A stretch of 64,000 bases of DNA, taken from NCBI GenBank assembly GCA_965213925.1, contig OZ243927.1:3424001-3488000 (forward strand). The letters run 5' to 3'. Shown here one piece after another: positions 1 through 9,060 of the stretch. The DNA comes from Trueperaceae bacterium (lineage in GTDB: Bacteria; Deinococcota; Deinococci; Deinococcales; Trueperaceae). The notes under the pieces were generated by a model. The model was not told the DNA's origin. It worked only from the letters and a program-made list of their open reading frames with translations, and did not search any database. The stretch's first letter is position 1. Each line of letters begins with the position of its first letter. A program made the position numbers and the translations under genes.

Positions 1-233
1 TAAGTTGTGCGTAGTGCTGTGATTCCTGCTATTTGCGTATCTGCTTGATTAAATAAAATATTGACGCAGGCATCGGGCACAGCATGAAGATGAAAATCCT
101 CTGGTAATGCAGTATCTGTTTTGAGTTCCCAAAAACAGTGTACCAATTCAGACAAATCACTCGGCAGCTTAACCTCTAGATACTGCACAGCTTGTGCTGT
201 TTTATCTATGCCATCTTAAATTGGACTATACAT
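1..233 (-). pseudogene. AraC-type regulator N-terminal (DUF6597-like) region, runs off the window edge; in-frame TAA at codon 6 or alternative GTG start at 188
   Basis: Manual translation: MYSPI*DGIDKTAQAVQYLEVKLPSDLSELVHCFWELKT...VPDACVNILFN, typical of these regulators; low GC. Confidence 0.5.
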
Positions 234-362
234 AGTTCTACCCAATTATAACAGTTGGGCCCGTGGGGTATTTGGACAATAGAATAACGATTCTGCGATG
301 TCGCTGCGTGAGCTGAGTCGAAAAGTGTCTTCCAGGGTAGAGAACGAACTATCTCTGCCTTG

Positions 363-388
363 AGTTACAGTCGCGCGCAACTCGCGCA
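363..388. repeat. GCGCGC-core dyad site 1 (left arm degenerate)
   Basis: agtt-acag-tc-GCGCGC-aa-ctcg-cgca; accessory dyad at 398-423. Confidence 0.7.
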
Positions 389-472
389 CAAAGCTTCTGC
401 CGCGAAAGGCCCGTAGAGTTGCACAAACCTTTCGGCGAAAGGACGTTTGTCGCAAACCCCGGTCAATAAGCC

Positions 473-1270
473 TCAGGCTTGTTGGCTGGGCGCGTTTTTG
501 CCTATAGCATCGAGCGGTAACATCTCGGTCAGACGCGCTGACTCGGTTAAACTGCTCTTGAGGTACTGTCTCCCCGCCAGGTAAACGAGCAGCCACTGCA
601 CCGACGCGAGGGCGTTGTAGATCATGTCGATGTTGTAAGACTCGGGCAAACGCACGTAAAATAGATCGGCGAGAAACCACGCGAGGGTCGCGCCGCTCAG
701 CAGTAAAAAGGGTCGGGTGAGGCGCAGCTCGGCGCGTGAGAACCAGAGCGCCGCCGCAGGCAACACCAGCAAGGCGCTGAAGTACGTTTTGGCGTTGTCC
801 GCGACCGATATACCTAATTCGAAGTCCAGGATGACGCCGAGCACCAACGCGACGACAAAGGTGACTGAGGAAACCAGTAAGATGAGCTGCGCGATAAGCT
901 CGATGAAGATCGCGCCTCTGAGCCGCCTATAGACGATAAAGATGGCGAGCGACAAGGCGTACGCCCACGGCGCGCATTCGAGCGTCCACAGTGTCGCGCC
1001 CGCTAGCTCTAGCGCGAGTGGCATCTCGCCCGTGACGCTCCCGTAGACCCAAGCCAAGTTTGCGAAGGCAGTGAGCAGCGCCGCGAACGAGAGCGCGTAG
1101 AGTCCGCGCTGCCAGCGCAGCCCCTGCGCCGCCTTGCCAAAACGAAAAAGCGCCAGGGAGCTCAGCGCCATGAGCAGCGTATAGCTCACCTCCCCGAAGA
1201 GCGAAGGTAACAGGCCAGCCATCACCAGAAGACAAAGACCGACAACTAATCCGTAAGCAGCGATCATCAC
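473..1270 (-). CDS. Multi-pass membrane protein, translationally coupled to the upstream GGDEF/EAL gene
   Basis: 265 aa with about 7-8 hydrophobic segments; ATGA overlap at 1267-1270. Confidence 0.7.
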   Translation of the reverse strand: MMIAAYGLVVGLCLLVMAGLLPSLFGEVSYTLLMALSSLALFRFGKAAQGLRWQRGLYALSFAALLTAFANLAWVYGSVTGEMPLALELAGATLWTLECAPWAYALSLAIFIVYRRLRGAIFIELIAQLILLVSSVTFVVALVLGVILDFELGISVADNAKTYFSALLVLPAAALWFSRAELRLTRPFLLLSGATLAWFLADLFYVRLPESYNIDMIYNALASVQWLLVYLAGRQYLKSSLTESARLTEMLPLDAIGKNAPSQQA

Positions 1271-3957
1271 GCCACCCTTTCTGCGGGCTTTCCCGCTCTG
1301 ACCAATTGAGGCGTTTCGGCTAACGTCAACCGGACGACCTCACCTAGAGTTGTGGGCTTGGAAAAGAGGTAGCCCTGCCCGTAAGGGCAGCCGAAGCCGC
1401 GTAAGACTTCGAGCTCGCGTGCGTGTTCGATCCCCTCCGCGACCAGGTCGAGCGACAGCGCCTCGGCGAGCGAGACGATGGTCCTGACGATCTCGAGCGT
1501 GCGCCTGTCCTCGCCCATCTTCTGAATAAAGGCGCGGTCCACCTTGAGGGTGTCGATCGGCAGGTCCTGGATGTAGGTCAGCGACGAGTAGCCGGTGCCG
1601 AAGTCGTCCATAACGATCTTGACGCCTAAAGCTTTGAGCTCCTCTAGGGGGGCGCGCGCACCGCCGGTGCTCTCGATCACGGCAGTCTCGGTGATCTCGA
1701 GCTTGAGCTGAGCGGGGTCGACCCCCGTCTCGAGCAAGACCGCCCTGACGTCGGAGACGAGGTGGGGGTGCAGCAACTGCTTGGCGGAGAGGTTCACGCT
1801 CATGGTAAAAGCGTCCCCGAGTTCGGGGTGCGCAGCGAGCGCGCTGCACGCCTCCTTGAGCACCCACAGCCCGAGCGGGACGATTAGACCGGAGTCCTCT
1901 GTGGCGGGGATAAACTCGGCGGGCGAGACGAAGCCGCGCTCGGGGTGACGCCAGCGCAAGAGCGCCTCTGCCCCGACGACAGCGCCGCTACCTAGCGCGA
2001 CGATGGGCTGGTAGTCCAGGTAGAAGTCGCCGCGCTCCAGCGCGTAGCGCAGGTCGGTCTCGAGGCGGTGGGCGGCGACCGCGGCGGCGAGCATCTGCTC
2101 GTCGTAGTAGAGGTGGGGCGCGCCGCTACGCTTCGCTTCGTACATGGCGACATCGGCGTTTTCTAGCGCTGTGTCAGGACCCGCGCAGCCGAGCACATCC
2201 TTGACGAGGCCGATGCTGAGACTTGGGAAGAGCGTTTCACCGGCCAAGTCGAAGGGCTCGGCGATCCGCCGCTCGAGCCGCGCGACCGCCGCCTCGAGAC
2301 TCTCCGCTGACGTTCCGTTCAACAGCACGACGAACTCGTCGCCGCCGAGCCGCGCGACGAGGTCGTCGCCCCGTACGCAGCTCTGCAGCCTGGCGGCGAT
2401 TTCCCTTAGCAGCAGGTCCCCGACCTTGTGCCCCAGGCTGTCGTTGACGAGTTTGAAGCGGTTAACATCCATAAAGAGGAGGCTCACGCTCTCCCCGCCG
2501 CCACACTCGAATAGCTGCTCCAGGCGCGCCTGGAGCATCAGCCGGTTGGGCAAGCCCGTGAGCGGGTCGAAGACGCCCCGCATCGAGATGTCCGTGAGCG
2601 AGCCCGCGACGCGTTCGGGAACACCCGCGGCGTTACACACCGACTTGCCGCGCACCAGCACCCAGAGGTAGTCGCCGCCCTTCGTCCTGAGCCGGTGCTC
2701 GTCCTCGAAGAACTCGCTTCTGCCCGCGATGTGCTCTTCCAGCTTCCGCCGCACGCGCGGCTCATCGTCTGGATGCACACGCACTTGCCACGTGTCGGTC
2801 GTGCCGACCCTCTCGCCCTCGTCGAAGCCGAGTAGCTCGAACCAGCGCGAAGAGTAGAGCACCTCGCCGCTGCCGAGGTCCCAGTCCCAGAGCCCGTCGT
2901 TGACCCCTTCGGCGACCAGGCTGTAGCGCCTCTCGCTCTGCGTGAGCTGGCAAAAGGTCGTCTGCAAGGCTTCTAACATGCCGTTGATGTAGCCGCCGAG
3001 CTGCGCGATCTCGTCAACGCCCTCGATCTCGATACGCCCGCCCAGATCGCCCTTTCGCGTGATCTGCTCGACCCAGCGGCTGAGACGCGTCAAGCGTGAG
3101 AGGAGCAGGCGTTCGACGAAGACGAGGGTCAGCACGCCGAAAGCGAGGCTGACGGTTATGAGGAGCGCCAGGAGCGCGCCCGCGCCCCGGGCGCTGCTAC
3201 GGTAGAGCGCCCGGGGATGGTTGATCGCCACCTTTATGGGGACGTCCGCGGTGAGGCTCGGCAGGGCGGCGCTCAGCCGGATGTCGTTGCCGCCTATCTC
3301 GGCCGGCGTTTCGGCGGAGGCGGTCGCGGCCTCGCCCCACAGCAGCTCGGCGTTTACGAGCGTATCCGCCGTTAGCTGCTCCATCAAGGCGTCGTCGAGG
3401 TAGCGCACGGCTAAAAAGGCCCCGTTGACTGCGCCGCTGACCTCGTCCGAGACCGGCGCGCTGACGACTTGCGCCGCACCCTTCGGGAGATACAGGTAGC
3501 CCGCTAGATCCACCTCGGCGTCGGGTGTGCTGAAGAGGTTTGGCATCTTGAGGAGCGCCTCGAGCGTGACTTCGTCTAGGGGTACGGCGTCTTCAAGCGC
3601 AGCGTCATACGCCTCCGCGTAGACGGGCTGGGCTTCTAAATCGGTGATGAGCAGGGCGTCGATATCGAACGTTTCGAAAACGTAAGCGCCCAGGTTCTCG
3701 TCGCGGTAGGTGGCGCTCCTCGCCTCCACAAAGTCATAGGTTTCGTCCCAGAACGCCCAGTCGTGAACAAAGGTTTGCGTGGTCGAGAGCGCATTTTGTA
3801 AATTTCTCTCGGCGCGCGCCAAGTCCCGCTCCGCCGCACGCACCTCCGCCTCGGACACGGACTTGACAGAAAACGCCCAGATAATCGCGGCGAGCGTCAC
3901 TACGAGCCCGGCGAGCACCACGCTGACCGCGCCGCCAATATGGAGCCGCAAGCTCAC
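1267..3957 (-). CDS. CHASE4-HAMP-PAS-GGDEF-EAL diguanylate cyclase/phosphodiesterase
   Basis: DWAFWDETYDF (CHASE4), DEIAQL (HAMP), GLWDWD/VHPDD (PAS), RLGGDEF, AEALLRW, DDFGTGYSSL. Confidence 0.93.
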   Translation of the reverse strand: MSLRLHIGGAVSVVLAGLVVTLAAIIWAFSVKSVSEAEVRAAERDLARAERNLQNALSTTQTFVHDWAFWDETYDFVEARSATYRDENLGAYVFETFDIDALLITDLEAQPVYAEAYDAALEDAVPLDEVTLEALLKMPNLFSTPDAEVDLAGYLYLPKGAAQVVSAPVSDEVSGAVNGAFLAVRYLDDALMEQLTADTLVNAELLWGEAATASAETPAEIGGNDIRLSAALPSLTADVPIKVAINHPRALYRSSARGAGALLALLITVSLAFGVLTLVFVERLLLSRLTRLSRWVEQITRKGDLGGRIEIEGVDEIAQLGGYINGMLEALQTTFCQLTQSERRYSLVAEGVNDGLWDWDLGSGEVLYSSRWFELLGFDEGERVGTTDTWQVRVHPDDEPRVRRKLEEHIAGRSEFFEDEHRLRTKGGDYLWVLVRGKSVCNAAGVPERVAGSLTDISMRGVFDPLTGLPNRLMLQARLEQLFECGGGESVSLLFMDVNRFKLVNDSLGHKVGDLLLREIAARLQSCVRGDDLVARLGGDEFVVLLNGTSAESLEAAVARLERRIAEPFDLAGETLFPSLSIGLVKDVLGCAGPDTALENADVAMYEAKRSGAPHLYYDEQMLAAAVAAHRLETDLRYALERGDFYLDYQPIVALGSGAVVGAEALLRWRHPERGFVSPAEFIPATEDSGLIVPLGLWVLKEACSALAAHPELGDAFTMSVNLSAKQLLHPHLVSDVRAVLLETGVDPAQLKLEITETAVIESTGGARAPLEELKALGVKIVMDDFGTGYSSLTYIQDLPIDTLKVDRAFIQKMGEDRRTLEIVRTIVSLAEALSLDLVAEGIEHARELEVLRGFGCPYGQGYLFSKPTTLGEVVRLTLAETPQLVRAGKPAERVA

Positions 3958-4373
3958 GCGAATATCCTTGCGCCCAGATAGCGCTTAGGCAACGCGTCAA
4001 AAGGTTTCTGGTAAGACTCCATATCGGCATAAGGATAGACGAGAGGCTCTTACAGAAATCTTACCGAAAGGTGGTTCGTGGAAGCATCATACAAATTCCG
4101 ATTCATTTTTTATCAGTCTAAACGTAGCGAGTAGGAACAAGTTCGGCGACCTTATTTATCTTTCCCTTGGCGTCGCTACCCCGAACGTCCTCCTTGCCAA
4201 GAGCGCACTCCGCCAGCCGAAGTGATCAGCGTTTCGGTGCAGGCTTGCGCCGGGTAGACCGCTAAGCCGACACCGAGGCGCGTCTGGGGCGAGCGGCTGG
4301 CTCGAGCGGAGCGACGAGCGTCTCGCCGGTGCGCGTCCGTCTTTGGCTAAACGATAAGTGTCTGAGCGAGTAC

Positions 4374-4399
4374 TGCAGCTGTTGCGCGCGTTCGTGACC
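4374..4399. repeat. GCGCGC-core dyad site 2
   Basis: tgca-gctg-tt-GCGCGC-gt-tcgt-gacc. Confidence 0.75.
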
Positions 4400-4456
4400 T
4401 AAAAGAATCTCCTCCTTTTAACACACCAATCCATATGGTTGTGCTAGAATAGCCAC

Positions 4457-4891
4457 ATGGATGCATTTATTCCCCCTCCAGCACAATCGACGGGCGTTTT
4501 TCATACCTTAGGTCTCACAACCCGACCGCATGATCTAATCAAAGTGGTGAAAGGCGGTCTATCTGTTCAAGTCTTTCGCGTATTAGCCGAAACGCTGGGC
4601 GTCAGCGACGCGGTACTCGCGAATTTAGCAGGCATCAGCGGCACAACCTTGACCCGCCGCAAGCGCGCAGGGCAGCTGACACCCGACGAGAGTGAGCATG
4701 TGCTCAGGATTGCCAACCTACTAGAACGCGCAGCACAGGTGTTCGAAGACGTCGGTGACGCAGCGGAGTGGCTCAAAACGCCTAACCTCAGCCTCGGCAA
4801 CGTCACGCCGCTTAGCTATGCCGACACGGAAATAGGTGCCCGCGAGGTCGAGAACCTACTCGGTCGGATAGACTACGGCGTCTACAGTTAA
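4457..4891 (+). CDS. Xre/MbcA/ParS-family antitoxin
   Basis: HTH-like N-terminus, C-terminal AAEWLKTPNLSLGNVTPL...GAREVENLLGRIDYGVYS; directly upstream of a RES gene. Confidence 0.9.
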   Translation: MDAFIPPPAQSTGVFHTLGLTTRPHDLIKVVKGGLSVQVFRVLAETLGVSDAVLANLAGISGTTLTRRKRAGQLTPDESEHVLRIANLLERAAQVFEDVGDAAEWLKTPNLSLGNVTPLSYADTEIGAREVENLLGRIDYGVYS

Positions 4892-4917
4892 ATTGCCCTT
4901 CACCTTACGCAATATGT

Positions 4918-5403
4918 ATGGCTGACGTCCTCACAGCCTGGCGACTTGTCAGACCTAAATATGGCAACCAGGCTGATGCTTTTAGCGGTGAAGGTTCGCG
5001 TCTCTTCGGTGGGCGTTGGAACTCGCCGGGTGTGCGTGTTACTTACGTCAGCTCGAGTCTGTCGCTCGCCACACTAGAGACGCTCGTCCACGCGGACAGG
5101 CGGCGCTTCGAGCGAGACTACGTCGCCTTCAAGCTCTACCTACCTGAAGCGCTCGTGCTCGAGCTGCGCAGTGAGGATTTGCCCGAGGAGTGGCGGGCGA
5201 GGGCCGTGAGCGAGGGCGCGAGGCAAGTTGGAGATGCGTGGCAAGCGGCGCAGGCGAGTGTCGCCTTGTCTGTACCTAGCGTAATCGTGCCTGCGGAGCG
5301 GAACTATCTGCTCAACCCTAGACACCCGCAGTTCAGCGAGCTAACGATTGAAGACCCGCAACCTTTTCGCTTCGACGCACGGCTCGCTGACAAAGGACGA
5401 TAA
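4918..5403 (+). CDS. RES-domain toxin (NAD+-targeting family)
   Basis: AFSGEGSRLFGGRWNSPG, SLATLE, VPSVIVPAERNYLLNPRHP motifs. Confidence 0.9.
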   Translation: MADVLTAWRLVRPKYGNQADAFSGEGSRLFGGRWNSPGVRVTYVSSSLSLATLETLVHADRRRFERDYVAFKLYLPEALVLELRSEDLPEEWRARAVSEGARQVGDAWQAAQASVALSVPSVIVPAERNYLLNPRHPQFSELTIEDPQPFRFDARLADKGR

Positions 5404-5512
5404 AGTCATACTCGCGGCTTTTCATGATCGAGAAGGTACCGCAGTCGCAATGCGTGTGGTCGGGTAGCAGGAGACCGTCACTGGCCTCCCGCCCCTAAGA
5501 GCCGTGCGTGCG

Positions 5513-7948
5513 GTAGGGTAGGATGCCAGCGAGCTGCCTATCAAAGATAGCGCTTTTCCAACATCCCCCCTCCGAACCCCGCATGACCGCTTTCCGTGTC
5601 ACGGGGCTCTCCAGTAATCTCAACATGAAAGTCCTTTCCCGTGGTAGTGCCCTTTATGGATGTCTTGGTGGCAGGTGAGGCAGACCACCAGCGTCTTGCG
5701 TCGGCGAGCCGACATCCTTTGCATCCATTCGGGCCGTGACTTACGCCCTCTTTGTTCAAGGTCTGCCAGTTTTCGGACGTGATGCACTTCGACGTGCTCC
5801 ACCGACCCACAAAGCTCACAGCTTTGCGCTAAAAGGCGGTCCACCACTTCATTACGCCCGTTCCAAATCTTACTGTTCTGGTTGTCGTCCAAGGCTACCC
5901 ATTTGTTCCACCGTAACGGGATGCCGCCAAAGTGGGTGATGAGTGGCTTCTTTTTAGGACCACGGTCCACTTTGACTTGAAGGACTTTATAGCTGCCCTC
6001 CTTGAGGTCGATGGTGGTGCGGTAGCGCCGATAGATTTTCTGGCAACTCGTCCTGAACTTATTCGCCAGCGTTTTCACTAGCGAGAGTTCTGTGACGCGC
6101 TTGAGTCGGCCCAGCGTGTGGAGGTTGTAGGCCATGCGGTAATACTGCACGACCCCGCGGTATTCCGCTTGATATTGGCTGACGATGCTGTAAGCATCGC
6201 TGCTGAGCCTTTGTGGGAGGTGAATGGGCTTGCCGCGTCGCATGTACTTGGCGCAGTGCGCTTTCATGACGTGCGACGGTACCCGGAGTCCGACGCTGCC
6301 GTTGATGCAGCGTTGTCCCCGGTGGTCGTGTTTATCGTCAGCGTGAAGAATGTGGACCTCATAGCCCAGGAAACGCGCTTTCTGCGTGCGCGCGTGGGTC
6401 AGCAGGGTCTTATCCTCGCTAAGCTCAAGCTTGAGTTCGTCGCGTAAGAAGGCGGCAATCTCTTGCTTGATAGCCACGGCCTCGTCTTTTGGCCCTTTCA
6501 GCCCCAGCAGAAAGTCATCGGCATACCTTTGGTACCACAATCGCCGGAAGTTCGGGTCATCGGGGTCGCGCGACGGCATTGTCTGGGCCTGCTGGCTCAG
6601 TTGCCGCGCGGTCTCCCAGTTCCCTGCTTTCCGAGCGTCGTGAGCGGCTTTGGCGATGGCGACATACGGGGGGTAGGTCTTGCGGCGTTCGCCGCGTGTG
6701 TAAGCTGGTATCAGTTCGTGCTCGACAAACTTGTCCAGCCTGTCCAGAACCAGGTTGGTGAGGATTGGACCGACAATCGACCCTTGCGGCACACCGCTGT
6801 AGGTCTGGTGAAAGGTCCAGTTCTCCAGGTAGCCAGCTTCGAGCAGCCCCTTGATAAGCCGCAGGAAGCGGTTGTCGTGGAAGCTCTTCTGCAAGATGTT
6901 CAACAAGACATCGAAGTTAATCTTGTCGAAACACGAGCAGATATCTCCCTCGATAAACCACTTTGTACCTCGACCCTCTTGGGTGACTTTGCGCAAAGCT
7001 GTGTGGCATCCCCGTTTCGGTCGAAAGCCGTGAGAACGGTCGCTGAACCGCGGTTCATAATAGGCTTCCAGGATGGAGCGGATAACTTCTTGAAGAAGTT
7101 TGTCCGACCAGGAAGGCATCCCTAGAGGCCGCATCTTGCCATTCTTTTTGGGAATGTAACGGCGTCGTACCGGCGTCCACCGATACCGCTCTTGGCGTAG
7201 CGCCTCGATGATGGTATCAATTTTCGCTAGGGACATCCCGTCCACGGTTTCGTCCGAGGCACCTGGTGTCAGTGCGCCTTCGTTCTTGTAGAGCTTGGCG
7301 TAGGCGCGCAGGTAGAGGTCAGGCCGGTAGAGTAGGCGATACACCCTTTTAACCGGCAGGCCACGCTGGCCGCGTTCACGTAGGATGGTGAGTACCGTTT
7401 CGGCGGTTCGCATCTCGCGTACCTCACAGTTCCTTTCCATCATGATTACCTGGTCTCCTTCGCCCTGCGAACGGCTCTCCCGCTCTCCCTGGTGGGGCGT
7501 GACGCCCACGACTACTACGAGACCTCCGTTACCTTAGGACTCGCGTCCCTTAGGCAATCCCGTGTTTCGTCACTGAGGAACGTGCTAGAACGACTTAGGC
7601 TCGCCACTCATAGCCTTGGATGAACTCATTGTTCATCGCCCATCAAGCAGAGCGTCATTTGGACGAAACTTGAATCCAAATGTCCTGATGGCGTCGGTGT
7701 ACAGACGTGCTACCGACGGGTGTGCGTGACCACCGCTGGCTATTGGCGTTCAAACAATCCAGTCTTAGCCTTATCATTCAGGCGTTGCAGAGCCGCATCG
7801 TACACGTCTTCCTTTGCGCTCCGCTTTAATGCCATGCTCTTGTCCCCTCCCTCCTTTCGAGCTCAGGTTAGGCATCCGCCTCGGGGTCGTTTGCCCTGAA
7901 CCCCGGCCAACTCCGTTGGCAATTCACTCAATGCGCACCACGGCGCAC
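5513..7948 (-). mobile_element. Inner group II intron (LtrA/mitochondrial-like lineage) inserted in domain V of the outer intron
   Basis: 5' GTGCGCCGTGG at 7948; domain V GAGCCCCGTGACACGGAAAGCGGTCATGCGGGGTTC; 3' ...ATCCTACCCTAC at 5513. Confidence 0.9.
5620..7413 (-). CDS. ltrA: Group II intron reverse transcriptase/maturase with C-terminal HNH endonuclease
   Basis: RPLGMPSWSDK, WFIEGDI, GVPQGS, RYADDF, CELCG..EVHHV..CLTCHQDIH; ATG 7413 follows a GAGGT RBS (ORF track extends to 7509). Confidence 0.95.
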   Translation of the reverse strand: MRTAETVLTILRERGQRGLPVKRVYRLLYRPDLYLRAYAKLYKNEGALTPGASDETVDGMSLAKIDTIIEALRQERYRWTPVRRRYIPKKNGKMRPLGMPSWSDKLLQEVIRSILEAYYEPRFSDRSHGFRPKRGCHTALRKVTQEGRGTKWFIEGDICSCFDKINFDVLLNILQKSFHDNRFLRLIKGLLEAGYLENWTFHQTYSGVPQGSIVGPILTNLVLDRLDKFVEHELIPAYTRGERRKTYPPYVAIAKAAHDARKAGNWETARQLSQQAQTMPSRDPDDPNFRRLWYQRYADDFLLGLKGPKDEAVAIKQEIAAFLRDELKLELSEDKTLLTHARTQKARFLGYEVHILHADDKHDHRGQRCINGSVGLRVPSHVMKAHCAKYMRRGKPIHLPQRLSSDAYSIVSQYQAEYRGVVQYYRMAYNLHTLGRLKRVTELSLVKTLANKFRTSCQKIYRRYRTTIDLKEGSYKVLQVKVDRGPKKKPLITHFGGIPLRWNKWVALDDNQNSKIWNGRNEVVDRLLAQSCELCGSVEHVEVHHVRKLADLEQRGRKSRPEWMQRMSARRRKTLVVCLTCHQDIHKGHYHGKGLSC

Positions 7949-7983
7949 ACTTTCACCGCACACGGCTCAAGCCAATCACGAAG

Positions 7984-8118
7984 CTACCGCGATAAGCTCG
8001 TAGTAGCCCTGAAGATTCGCCCTCTCAGATTGCGAACCCGCCAATTGACAGCTCGCCAGTTCACAGCGTGCCAGTCCGTAGGTCCTTCGGTTTCGTTTGC
8101 AGAGCTTCGGGCTCGCAT
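7984..8118 (-). pseudogene. 44-aa remnant of the outer intron's RT ORF (N-terminal RVT_N-like segment)
   Basis: MRARSSANETEGPTDWHAVNWRAVNWRVRNLRGRIFRATTSLSR*; the W..(I/V).W....V..L..RI..A pattern of chloroplast-like IEP N-termini, located just before domain V. Confidence 0.75.
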
Positions 8119-9060
8119 CTAACTTCCCCTTAGTTGGCAACCTTCAGAACATCTCTCTAGGAGATTGACCAGTCCCACGTCAGCACCCTTTCGGGTTGAG
8201 TATCGGCTCTATCTAGCCCCTTATGATTTCGGGTCGCCTTTCGGCGGCTAGCCTTCGCTTCTTGGGACCTCCTATGCCCGCTGGAGCGTTCGGCGTTCCT
8301 TACGGTTCGCTTACCTGCAACAGGACTCCAACGGGGTTTCCGTGTTCCACTTGTGTGAGCTGCGACCGGGTTAGGCGTGCTCTCTACTCCGGGGTCATGG
8401 TGTCCTCGTGCAGAACGCGCGTACTCTCTGCACCTGTTGAGGCGAGATACCTTATCCTTAGCCTCGACCCGACCATGCCTTATCAACCATCCTTCGACAA
8501 ACCGAACTAACGGAGCTTTGACCGAGCATTCACGTTCGTTCGCCTTACCGGTCTTTCCCTCACCCGAGTCTCTACGATGGTTTAGATTCTCTTAGGCTTT
8601 ACCTCCAGCTTCACACCTTGCCATTACTGGCAACGCATGTGGAAGTCGGGAATGAGCCTGGACACTGGCTCAGAGTTCTTTTCCTCCTTCCTAACTCACT
8701 CACTTCAAGCGACTTCACGTCGCACACGCGCGCGTTAGTCGCACAATGGTTCGTGTGTTGAAAAAGGGTTAAGGGGAAGGTCGAATAACGATGTAATACG
8801 GCTTTCGGGTAACTCCCCTAGGGATTACCTCGAGCGTAGCGAGTAGAAAGAACTACGGATTTCAATGAGTGCGTTCGGACTTCGGTGAAACCCACTGCTC
8901 GTCACTTTGTGGTGTCATGTTGATAGAGCACATAAGAAGCTCAGCTGAGCGCTAGTTCGGCTACAAAGATACTTGTGGTTGTACTTAGCCACATGACGGT
9001 ATACTCTGGGCATCCAAGGTTTGAAGACAAGCCTAGTTCTTGCCGAGCGGAGGGAGTCCA

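Larger units (their letters stand above)
5459..8725 (-). mobile_element. Group II twintron copy 1; outer ORF-deleted chloroplast-like/IIB intron (8725-7949 plus 5512-5459, 831 nt)
   Basis: 5' GTGCGACGTGAAGTCG; 3' ...CTGCTACCCGAC; domain V GAGCCGTGTGCGGTGAAAGT|CGCACGCACGGCTC is restored when the inner intron is removed; EBS1 8416-8422 and EBS2 8506-8512 pair with the flanking exon. Confidence 0.9.
5451..8743. repeat. GCGCGC-core dyad site 3, split by twintron copy 1 (halves 5451-5458 and 8726-8743)
   Basis: Removing 5459-8725 restores tgcg-tgtg-ac-GCGCGC-gt-tagt-cgca. Confidence 0.85.

Noticed and set aside
246..680. 144-aa ORF and many other short antisense ORFs in the track
   Set aside because: Shadow ORFs typical of GC-rich DNA; this one crosses dyad 1 and overlaps a better-supported gene.
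4047..4064. CTTAC direct repeats upstream of the GGDEF/EAL gene
   Set aside because: Could be a response-regulator box but is too short to support.
5620..7413. RT as a retron, DGR or CRISPR-associated RT
   Set aside because: The maturase and HNH domains plus complete group II RNA ends identify it as an intron-encoded protein.
7814..8595. Short ORF-track ORFs in the intron RNA (also 52602-53383)
   Set aside because: They overlap ribozyme domains and have no protein motifs.
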